DNA of 29,348 nt from Gemmatimonadota bacterium (lineage in GTDB: Bacteria; Gemmatimonadota; Gemmatimonadetes; Longimicrobiales; RSA9): contig JBBDRO010000018.1 of the NCBI GenBank assembly GCA_040905425.1, forward strand, positions 25,643 to 54,990, given 5' to 3'. The position numbers and the translations under genes were made by a program. This document shows positions 1 to 8,579 of this stretch, in pieces (the first letter of the stretch is position 1; each line of letters begins with the position of its first letter). The notes below the pieces were generated by a model, which was not told where the DNA came from, ran no database searches, and was given only the letters and a program-made list of their open reading frames with translations.

Positions 1-45
1 GGGGGGGGGTTTAGCCGGGGGCGGGGGGCCGCGTGGGCCTTCAGC

Positions 46-1401
<1,356 letters not shown>

Positions 1402-1952
1402 GGCTCCCTCCACAGGATGATGGGGCCTCGAGGGGCACATGGGAAAGCCCCCGCTCGCGCCCTCCGGCTCCGCCCCGAACGTAGATCCCCACGAAGGCGC
1501 CCGGCTGTAGGGAAAGAGTGGAATCGATGCGGGGATTTTCCCGCCGCCATTTCCACCGTAGCCCGACAGCGCGCGGCGTGGCCCGCATGCATCTTGGGCG
1601 TGTCCCAGGGGACCTGCTGATGACGGCGGGTCCCGGTCGATCCGCCTCCACGGCGGTGACGGGCGCCTGACCGGTGCCGACGGGATGACGGGGCTTCATG
1701 AAAGTGTGGCGGCACCGGTCATGTGCTCGGGGTGCGCGGCGGCCCAAACCGCCGCGCACACGACGGGGGGCGTCCTCGCCGGTGCGATGCCGCCGGGCTG
1801 GCCGGCTCCATCGGCTCTCCGTAGCGCGCTTCGGCGCGGCCGCGGAGGCCCGCCACGGAGGTGGGAGTGGAAGGGTGGCTGGGTGACCTCCGCCGGGCGG
1901 GTGACGGGCGCCCCGATGCAATGGCCCCTCGTGGGTAGCCGGCAGCCAAGAG

Positions 1953-1988
1953 AGGTCAGGCAGGTCAGGCAGGTCAGGCAGGTCAGGC
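1953..1988. repeat. Perfect tandem repeat (AGGTCAGGC)x4
   Basis: Four exact 9-bp copies read directly from the sequence. Confidence 0.95.
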
Positions 1989-2003
1989 ACGACGCTGGCG
2001 AAA

Positions 2004-2041
2004 CGGGCGCGGTCCCTCTGGATTGCGCCCGCTTCTTGGTT
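2004..2041 (+). terminator. Possible intrinsic terminator
   Basis: CGGGCGCGGTCC-CTCT-GGATTGCGCCCG stem (12 bp, 2 G-U) followed by an imperfect U-rich tail CTTCTTGGTT. Confidence 0.4.
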
Positions 2042-2045
2042 CATA

Positions 2046-2063
2046 TATCTTAGTGCTAAGATA
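2046..2063. promoter_or_regulatory. Palindromic operator TATCTTAG-TG-CTAAGATA upstream of the flavin reductase gene
   Basis: Perfect 8-2-8 AT-rich inverted repeat in GC-rich DNA, about 30 bp before the ORF. Confidence 0.7.
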
Positions 2064-2091
2064 ATATCGACCTCATTACTTCGGAAACCGC

Positions 2092-2739
2092 ATGCCCGAT
2101 CCCCACAACCACCGCTCCATGAGCGCCGCCTCGCTGGCGCCGCGGGAGCGCTACGAGCTGCTGACGTCACTGGTGGTGCCGCGGCCGATAGGCTGGCTAT
2201 CCACCCGCTCGGCGGAGGGCCGGGCCAACCTGGCGCCGTTCAGCTTCTTCAACCTGGTCTCCGCCACGCCCCCGTACGTGGCGATTTCCATCGGCACGCG
2301 CAGGAACGGCGCGCCCAAGGATTCGCTGGCCAACATCATGGCCACCGGTTGCTTCTGCGTGAACGTGGTGAGTGAGGAGCTGCTCACCGTCATGAACGCC
2401 ACCTCCGGCGCGTACGCCCCCGGCGTGGACGAGTTCGCCATGGTGGGCGTGAGCGCTCGGACCGCCGATACGGTGCCTGTCTCCTACGTGGCGGAGGCGC
2501 CGGCCATCCTGGAGTGCCGCCTGCTGCGTACGGTGGAGCTGCCCGGCTCCCCCAACACGCTGGTGCTGGGGGAGGTGTTGCTCGTGCGGGTGGCGGAGGA
2601 ACTGCCCACTGTGGAGGGCACGCACGGCATCGATCCGGCCGCGCTGCGCGCCGTGGGGCGGCTGGGTGGTGCGGGGTACGTGCTGCCGGGCGAGCTGGTG
2701 CGACTGGCGCGGCCGGTGGTGGAGGAAGACGGGGGGTGA
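2092..2739 (+). CDS. Flavin reductase family protein (DIM6/NTAB-like FMN-binding split barrel)
   Basis: Motifs VVPRPIGWLST, NLAPFSFFN, KDSLANI and RLGG. The start could alternatively be ATG 2119. Confidence 0.9.
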   Translation: MPDPHNHRSMSAASLAPRERYELLTSLVVPRPIGWLSTRSAEGRANLAPFSFFNLVSATPPYVAISIGTRRNGAPKDSLANIMATGCFCVNVVSEELLTVMNATSGAYAPGVDEFAMVGVSARTADTVPVSYVAEAPAILECRLLRTVELPGSPNTLVLGEVLLVRVAEELPTVEGTHGIDPAALRAVGRLGGAGYVLPGELVRLARPVVEEDGG

Positions 2740-2763
2740 GTTGGCGGCGCTTCAGCCGCTGCT

Positions 2764-3897
2764 TCAACCTTCGCGGCGCGTGCGCCGGCGCGTGCGCCGG
2801 CGCTGCCCGAGCGCCCGTACGCTGAGCGCCGCCAGCGTGATGACCGTGATAGGCACCACGAAGAAGAGCAGGCCGCTACCGAGGAGCGGAGCCGCCTCGT
2901 GCCCGGTGGCGTCCAGCACGAGGAAGGCGGTATAGGCCACGTAGTAGCCCAGGAACACGGCGCCTTCCCAGCGCGCGATCTCCATGTCGGTGAAGAACAC
3001 CGGCAGGCACGCTACGGCCACCGCGGTCATGACCGGCAGGTCGAAGGTGAGCGCGGCCGGCGGGATGCGCAGCCCCGCGGGTGCCACCACGGCCGCGGCT
3101 CCCAGCACCAGCAGCACGTTGAAGATGTTGCTGCCCACGATGTTGCCCACCGCGATGTCCCGCTCCCCCCGCAGGCTGGCCGCCACGGACGCGGCCACCT
3201 CCGGCAGTGAGGTGCCGGCTGCCACGACGGTGAGGCCGATGACCAACTCGCTGAGCCCCAGCGCCGTGGCTATGCGAACGGCGCCGTCGACCAGCCAGTC
3301 CGCGCCCAGGCCGAGCATGCCCAGGCCCAGGAGGATGAGCAGGATGTTGCCGGCCACAAGGCGGGCCGTGGGCCGGGGCGGTGCGTCGATCGGCCGGCCC
3401 GCCGCGAGGGCGGCGGTCCGCGCATCCGCGCGGGCGCTCCGCTGCTGGCGGTTGGCATCCCGTACGAGGAAGCCCGTGTACGCCAGCAGCAGGGCGAGCA
3501 TGAAGAGGCCCTCGCCTCTGCCCAGACGACCGTTCAGCCCCAGCAGGATGACCAGGCCGGATACGCCGATCATGATGGGTACGTCCCGGCGCACCAGACC
3601 GCGTGAGACGGCCAGCGGCGTGATCAGCGCGGAGATCCCCAGGATGAAGAGGACGTTGAAGATGTTGCTCCCCACCACGTTGCCGAGGGCGATCTCGGGG
3701 CGGGCCTCCAGCGCGGCCTGGATGCTCACCAGCGTCTCCGGCGCGCTGGTGCCGAAGGCCACCACCGTCAGGCCCACCACGAGCGCGGGCGTACCGAATG
3801 CGGTGGCCAGGCGCGCGGCGCCGCGCACGAGCACATCGGCGCCCACGATGAGGAGCGCCAGGCCGGCCGCCAGCATGAGATAGCTGAAGAGGGTCAC
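2764..3897 (-). CDS. Calcium/sodium antiporter (CaCA family, YrbG-like)
   Basis: Two alpha repeats, GTSAPE...GNVVGSNIFN and GTSLPE...GNIVGSNIFN, and many TM segments. Start set to GTG 3897. Confidence 0.93.
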   Translation of the reverse strand: MTLFSYLMLAAGLALLIVGADVLVRGAARLATAFGTPALVVGLTVVAFGTSAPETLVSIQAALEARPEIALGNVVGSNIFNVLFILGISALITPLAVSRGLVRRDVPIMIGVSGLVILLGLNGRLGRGEGLFMLALLLAYTGFLVRDANRQQRSARADARTAALAAGRPIDAPPRPTARLVAGNILLILLGLGMLGLGADWLVDGAVRIATALGLSELVIGLTVVAAGTSLPEVAASVAASLRGERDIAVGNIVGSNIFNVLLVLGAAAVVAPAGLRIPPAALTFDLPVMTAVAVACLPVFFTDMEIARWEGAVFLGYYVAYTAFLVLDATGHEAAPLLGSGLLFFVVPITVITLAALSVRALGQRRRTRRRTRREG

Positions 3898-4281
3898 GGC
3901 CCCCAATGGACCGGCCGCGGGGGCTGCGGTCAACCCCGACGTACCGTTGCAGCGAGTGGGGTGGAGCGGCTGCCAGAGCGTGCGCGGTGCGCGGAGCCCG
4001 CGTGCCGAGGAGCCGCCCCGGCGGGGTGGGCCGGCTGGCAAGGCGGAGTGGGACGGGGGTCGCCCGCCGCTCGGGTCGCGTCGGCCGCGCCCGGCTCCCG
4101 TCACTTTCCCGGAGCCGACCCCCAGCCGCTGCTTGACGGGCCCTGGTCATCCCTGTGGCAGCATGGGGGTGGCGCCCGCGGCGGAAATGCGCATTCCCCG
4201 GAGAACCTAGCCAGCCGGTCCAGGGCATTGACAGCCTGGCGCCGTACGCGAGATTCAGGAGAGTAGCAGGATATCCACCAT

Positions 4282-4305
4282 GGGAGGCGTCCGGCGCCTC
4301 CCTTT
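4282..4305 (+). other. GC-rich hairpin with a short T tail just upstream of the 4313 ORF (possible attenuator)
   Basis: GGGAGGCG-TCCGG-CGCCTCCC-TTT. A TTGACA hexamer lies at 4228-4233, but the matching -10 is weak. Confidence 0.3.
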
Positions 4306-4312
4306 CGGGTAG

Positions 4313-4723
4313 GTGCAGGTGATCCCAGGCCGCGCCGCCGTCCGTTTCATTCTGCTGCTGGCCTTCGGGCTGGCGGCGGGGAGCGGCGCGCCAGGCGGCG
4401 TCCCCTCGTGGACGCCTCCGGGGGCCGACAGTCTGGCCGGGGCGCCGCCGGCGCTCCACCTGGGTGCGCCCGCGGCCGTCTTCGTCGCAGCCGATCCTGG
4501 GGCGCGAGCGACGGGTGGACGGGACGGTGGCCCGGGCGTGGTGTCTGGCGCCATGCCGCACGGCACCCACGGGCTTCCACACCTAGCGGCTGTCGACGCC
4601 GGTGCGGCTCGCAGCCGCGCGCGTGCTCACGCACTCCAGACGTTCGCGGCTGCCGCCGGCATCCGCGCGGCCCGCACCGGGCTCCCGCACTTCCATACTG
4701 GCCCGCCCCCACCCCGCTCCTGA
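4313..4723 (+). CDS. Hypothetical protein with an N-terminal hydrophobic segment and C-terminal HTGPPPPRS (leader or arrest-peptide-like)
   Basis: Signal-like VRFILLLAFGLAAG, low-complexity Ala/Gly/Pro body and polyproline end. RBS is weak. Confidence 0.5.
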   Translation: MQVIPGRAAVRFILLLAFGLAAGSGAPGGVPSWTPPGADSLAGAPPALHLGAPAAVFVAADPGARATGGRDGGPGVVSGAMPHGTHGLPHLAAVDAGAARSRARAHALQTFAAAAGIRAARTGLPHFHTGPPPPRS

Positions 4724-4840
4724 CACGGTTGCAACCGCGGTCCTTATGGACCGTCCCAGGGCTCCGCACGGGCGGAGTCATGGCCGCACCCCGGCGCGCG
4801 CCGGAGGCCGCGGGGTGAGGATCGATTCAGGAGGATCACC

Positions 4841-5002
4841 ATGTTCACAGGGATGCTGGGGGTCGTGGCTCTGCAGGGTCTCACGGTTGGGTATATGCTG
4901 CGCAACATCCCGCACGACCCGGCCGCGTTCGTGGTCTACGCGTTGCTGGCGGTGTTCGTGGGCTTCATCTGGCACGGCAGCAGAAACAAGCCGACCGCCT
5001 AG
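4841..5002 (+). CDS. Small membrane protein, 53 aa (absent from the ORF track)
   Basis: Strong RBS CAGGAGG-atcacc-ATG. Translation MFTGMLGVVALQGLTVGYMLRNIPHDPAAFVVYALLAVFVGFIWHGSRNKPTA has a clear TM helix and a basic tail, with mostly GC-ending codons. Confidence 0.75.
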   Translation: MFTGMLGVVALQGLTVGYMLRNIPHDPAAFVVYALLAVFVGFIWHGSRNKPTA

Positions 5003-5035
5003 GGGTGTCGGCCGGGGATCGTGGGGAGAACGCGC

Positions 5036-5065
5036 GCAGGGCCGGGGCATACGCTCCGGCCCTAC
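5036..5065 (-). repeat. GTAG-footed REP-like palindrome between convergent genes
   Basis: Minus strand reads GTAG-GGCCGGAGC-GTAT-GCCCCGGCC-CTGC, an 11-bp stem on the + strand. Single copy in the window. Confidence 0.4.
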
Positions 5066-5096
5066 AGCTCCTGATCCGGTCCCGCCGATCAGGGAC

Positions 5097-5639
5097 TCAG
5101 CCGCCGCCCACCTGGCTGGAGGGCGGTACCAGCCCCTTCATGCGCATGTACGTGACGATGTTGCCGTAGTGCTCGTTGTCATGAACGATGTTGAAGGTGA
5201 GCGGGTAGAAGCGGCTCTGCTCACTGCCCATGAACTGGATCGTCTCGCCGGCCATGGCGTCGCGGGCGCCAGAGTAGGCGCGGTCACAGAACGTGAAGGA
5301 CGCCTCCAGAGCCTCTACCAGTGCGGCCTTGGTGTGGATGTTCCGTTCCACCTGCGGCTGCGGGTTCTGCCACTTCATGCCGGCCGCGCACATCATGTAG
5401 TGCGCGTCGGCGATGTGGCCGATGAGTTCGCCGAAGCTGCGCACCTCCTCGGTGGGGCGGAAGGTGTAGTGCTCCTCCGGCATCTGCTCCGCGGCCAGCG
5501 TGATGAAGCGCTTGGTGGGCTCGTACATGTTGCGGATGGACGCGATCACGGGATCGGTCTGCCCCACCTGGGCGGTATCCTGGGCGCTGGCCGGGGTGGC
5601 CACGACGGCGAACAGCAGGAGGAATCCGATCAGACGCAT
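5097..5639 (-). CDS. Secreted DinB family protein
   Basis: Signal peptide ending ASA-Q, motifs MPEEHYTFRPT, RSFGELIGH and HDNEHYGN...YMRMKGLVPPSS. Start ATG 5639 follows a GGAG RBS. Confidence 0.88.
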   Translation of the reverse strand: MRLIGFLLLFAVVATPASAQDTAQVGQTDPVIASIRNMYEPTKRFITLAAEQMPEEHYTFRPTEEVRSFGELIGHIADAHYMMCAAGMKWQNPQPQVERNIHTKAALVEALEASFTFCDRAYSGARDAMAGETIQFMGSEQSRFYPLTFNIVHDNEHYGNIVTYMRMKGLVPPSSQVGGG

Positions 5640-5716
5640 GGCCAGCTCCATATCCGGTGAGGGTGCAGCTTCATTCATGACCTTGCCGGAGCGGGAACGC
5701 AAGGCCCCGGCGTGCA

Positions 5717-7120
5717 TCAGTCCGGCGGAGGCGCCGACACCTGCAGGGCACTCAACCGCTCGGGCGGCCCCCACAGGATGCGCCGGACCCGCACGCCCAC
5801 CACCACGGCCACCACGGCCAGCCCCGCGCTGAGGCCCAGCCATACGCCCACCGGGCCAAGGTCCGCCACGAAGCCCAGGTAGAAACCCACGGGCAGCCCC
5901 ACCACCCAGTAGCCCACGCCCGCGATCAGCATGGGCAGGTGGGTGTCCCCCGCGCCGCGCAGCACCGAGACACCCGCCACCTGCGCGCCGTCGAACACCT
6001 GGAAGAGCGCGGCCACCAGCAGCAGACTCGAGCCCAGCACCACGATCTCCTCATCCGGCGTGTAGAGCCGCACCAGCGCCTCGGGCACCGCCACGAAGAG
6101 CAGCGCGCAGGCGGCCATGAAGGCCACGGCCAGGACGTAAGTGGCCTGCACCGAACGGCGCATCATGCGCGGCCGCCGCGCACCGATGCACTGGCCCACG
6201 CGAATGGCCCCGGCCAGGCTCACCCCCAGCGATACCATGAAGGTAGTGGCGGCGATGTTGATGGTGACCTGGTGCGCGGCCAGCTCCACCGCCCCGAGCC
6301 AGCCCATCATCACGGCGGCGAAGGCAAAGAGTCCCACCTCCAGCCCGAACTGGGCCCCGATCGGCGTGCCCACCCGGAGGATGCGCGCGAAGAGGGCGCG
6401 GTCCGGGCGCCGGGGTACGCCGCGAAAGGGGTGCAGGTCCGGCCGGCGCAGCACGTACGCCAGCATGAGCAGGAGCATGGACCAGCGCACCACGCTCGTG
6501 GCCCAGCCGGTGCCCACGGCGCCCAGGGCGGGGACCCACCCCTCCACGCCGTAGATGAAGACGCGGTTGGCGGCCACGTTGATGGCGAGCGCCACCAGGG
6601 TGATCACCATGGGCGGGGTGGTGGTGCCCATGCCCTCCAGAAACTGCCGGAACGCCAGGAAAAGAAAGATCGGCAGGATGCCCGGCAGCAGGGCGGCCAG
6701 GTAGTCCCCGGCCACCGCCGCCACGTCCGGCTGCTGGCCCAGCAGCAGCGCGATCTCCTGGCCGAAGAGGTGGAGGCCCACCAGCGGCAGGGTGAGCGCC
6801 ACGCTCAGCCAACCGCCCTGCACGAGCACGCGGCGGCAGAGCGGCTGGTCACCCGCGCCGTAGGCCTGGCTCACCAGGGGGCCCATGCCCACGATGATGC
6901 CCATGCCGATGGTGAGCGCCACCATGTGGATGGCGCTGCCCACCCCCACGGCGGCCAGCGGCAGCGCGCCGAGCGGCCCCACCATCACCGTGTCGGCCGT
7001 GTTCATGCCGATCTGGCCGAGCTGGCTCAGAATGATCGGGGTGGCCAGGCGGAGGAGATCACCCAGTTCGCGGCGGAAGAGCAAGCGGCGGCGGGCCTGA
7101 CCGGCGGGGGCGGAGACCAT
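5717..7120 (-). CDS. MATE family efflux transporter (NorM-like)
   Basis: About 12 TM segments, with motifs DTVMVGPLG, LAAHQV and FQVFDGAQV...LRGAGDT. Confidence 0.93.
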   Translation of the reverse strand: MVSAPAGQARRRLLFRRELGDLLRLATPIILSQLGQIGMNTADTVMVGPLGALPLAAVGVGSAIHMVALTIGMGIIVGMGPLVSQAYGAGDQPLCRRVLVQGGWLSVALTLPLVGLHLFGQEIALLLGQQPDVAAVAGDYLAALLPGILPIFLFLAFRQFLEGMGTTTPPMVITLVALAINVAANRVFIYGVEGWVPALGAVGTGWATSVVRWSMLLLMLAYVLRRPDLHPFRGVPRRPDRALFARILRVGTPIGAQFGLEVGLFAFAAVMMGWLGAVELAAHQVTINIAATTFMVSLGVSLAGAIRVGQCIGARRPRMMRRSVQATYVLAVAFMAACALLFVAVPEALVRLYTPDEEIVVLGSSLLLVAALFQVFDGAQVAGVSVLRGAGDTHLPMLIAGVGYWVVGLPVGFYLGFVADLGPVGVWLGLSAGLAVVAVVVGVRVRRILWGPPERLSALQVSAPPPD

Positions 7121-7147
7121 CCCGGAGGAGCTGGAGATCGTGCGGCC

Positions 7148-7588
7148 TCAGCGGGAGCCGAGAGCCGCCAGGGCGGCGTCCTCGCGCCCCTGGTCGGCGA
7201 TCAGCTCAGCCACCGTGGTGTGCTGGAAGAAGTTGGCGATCTGGTCGGCGATGGAGCGCCAGCGCCAGTGCACGGTGCAGGGATCCCGGTCGCTGCACCG
7301 CTTGCGGCCGAGGAGGCAGGTCTTGCGCGCCTCGATGGGGTCGAAGGGTTCCACGATGGCATTCAGTGTGAGTTCGCTTGCCGGTACGCCCAGCATGAAG
7401 CCCCCCCGCGGGCCGCGCGTGGAGGCCAGCACGCCCCGCTTGGCCAGGATGTGGAGCGTCTTCGAGAGGTAGTTGCGCGGCACGGCGAGCGCCTCCGCCA
7501 TCTCGTCCACCCGCACCGCGTGTTCCTGGGCATGGCGCGCCAGGTAGAGGACCGCTCGCAGTGCGTATTCCGCCGTGTTGGAGAGCAT
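7148..7588 (-). CDS. Rrf2 family transcriptional regulator (probable Fe-S binding)
   Basis: Motifs EYALRA, YLSKTL, STRGPRGGF and Cys cluster CLLGRKRCSDRDPCTVH. Confidence 0.93.
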   Translation of the reverse strand: MLSNTAEYALRAVLYLARHAQEHAVRVDEMAEALAVPRNYLSKTLHILAKRGVLASTRGPRGGFMLGVPASELTLNAIVEPFDPIEARKTCLLGRKRCSDRDPCTVHWRWRSIADQIANFFQHTTVAELIADQGREDAALAALGSR

Positions 7589-7608
7589 CCCGCCTCCGGC
7601 ACCAGAAA

Positions 7609-7630
7609 ATGTTCATGCGGTAATGAACAT
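7609..7630. promoter_or_regulatory. Palindrome ATGTTCAT-N6-ATGAACAT, likely Rrf2 autoregulatory operator
   Basis: Perfect 8-6-8 AT-rich inverted repeat about 20 bp upstream of the rrf2 start. Confidence 0.65.
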
Positions 7631-7770
7631 AGCGCGTAGCAGCGGCAGCGTCACGGGGTGACAGAACGCCCCGGCGGGGGCTGGTAGGCCATCGCGGTGA
7701 GGACTGAGCCGCCACCTCGGTGGGGGCTGATCGGCCACCCCGGTCGGGGCCGATGCGGCGCCCCGGACGG

Positions 7771-8562
7771 CTAGCGGAAGGCGGCGGGGCAGAGCGGGCG
7801 CGCGGCGGCCAGCAGCTGGTCGAAGCCGGCCCGCACCTCGGCCTCCGTGTCCGCCTCATCCGTCGCTGCGGGGGCGGTGTAAGTAGCGCTGTCCGCGCGA
7901 CTCCAGGTAGCCGGTGGCGCCGGCTCCGGCACCACGGCGCGGCGGCCGTCGGAGCGCGTCTCCAGCGCGGCCGGCTCGAAGCCGCGCACCCGCGCGTCCC
8001 CGGCCGCGGCCAGGACGGCCGCCGGCGGGCCCGACACCTCGAGCGCCCAGACGAGCGGGCCGCCAGCGGGGAGCTGCTGGAAGGCCTGCAGCGCCGCCCG
8101 CGCGTCGGCCAGCAGCGCGTGGGCGCGGCCCAGGTCACCGCCGGGGAGGGTGAGCTGGCTCTCACCCTGGCCGTACATGCCGCGGATGCGGGCCACGCTG
8201 GCGCATACATCCGCGCGCGCCGCGGCACGAGTCTCCTCGCGGACGGCCGCGAGGGCCGCCTCCGGGTCCAGGGCGCTGTCCATGTCCACCACGCCGATCC
8301 GTCCGCGGGAGCGGACGTAGGCCAGCGTGGCGCGCACGGGGTGAGCGGTGAGGAAGGCCGCGACGGCGGTGTCCGGCAGCGTGCCCTCGAAGGCCAGCGA
8401 GGCCGGCAGCGGTTCGGCGGGTCGCGCCGCCCGCCACGCAGCCACGCGCTCCGCGGGGGTGGCGGGCGTGGTCGAGGGCGTGGCACGGGCGGCGTCCTCG
8501 TCGCCTGGATCAGCGCAGGCCAGGGCAAGGAGCAGGAGTGCGGCGGAACGGGTGCGGCGCAT
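7771..8562 (-). CDS. Hypothetical lipoprotein
   Basis: MRRTRSAALLLLALAC lipobox and GGAGG RBS before ATG 8562. Directly downstream of trkH. Confidence 0.75.
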   Translation of the reverse strand: MRRTRSAALLLLALACADPGDEDAARATPSTTPATPAERVAAWRAARPAEPLPASLAFEGTLPDTAVAAFLTAHPVRATLAYVRSRGRIGVVDMDSALDPEAALAAVREETRAAARADVCASVARIRGMYGQGESQLTLPGGDLGRAHALLADARAALQAFQQLPAGGPLVWALEVSGPPAAVLAAAGDARVRGFEPAALETRSDGRRAVVPEPAPPATWSRADSATYTAPAATDEADTEAEVRAGFDQLLAAARPLCPAAFR

Positions 8563-8579
8563 GGCGCCCTCCGATCGGT

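Larger units (their letters stand above)
1609..2041 (+). ncRNA. Candidate structured non-coding RNA or long 5' leader (family unassigned)
   Basis: Consecutive stems at 1609-1634, 1668-1721, 1732-1759 and 1817-1847 (cUUCGg loop), plus a terminator-like stem at 2004-2031. G-U wobbles fit the + strand. No convincing protein ORF. Confidence 0.3.

Noticed and set aside
1..32. G-rich terminator or G-quadruplex downstream of gltA
   Set aside because: It lies at the window edge and looks like low-quality sequence, with no complete hairpin visible.
1617..1660. Hammerhead ribozyme (CTGATGA core)
   Set aside because: No GAAA follows the putative stem II, and CTGATGA is part of a simple hairpin.
1920..1933. 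14-bp match CACGAGGGGCCATT with 25201-25214 (inverted)
   Set aside because: A single 14-mer match is plausible by chance in 29 kb of GC-rich DNA.
4255..4310. yybP-ykoY Mn riboswitch (GGAGAGTAGC) near the cation antiporter
   Set aside because: It is on the wrong strand for the antiporter and lacks the downstream conserved elements.
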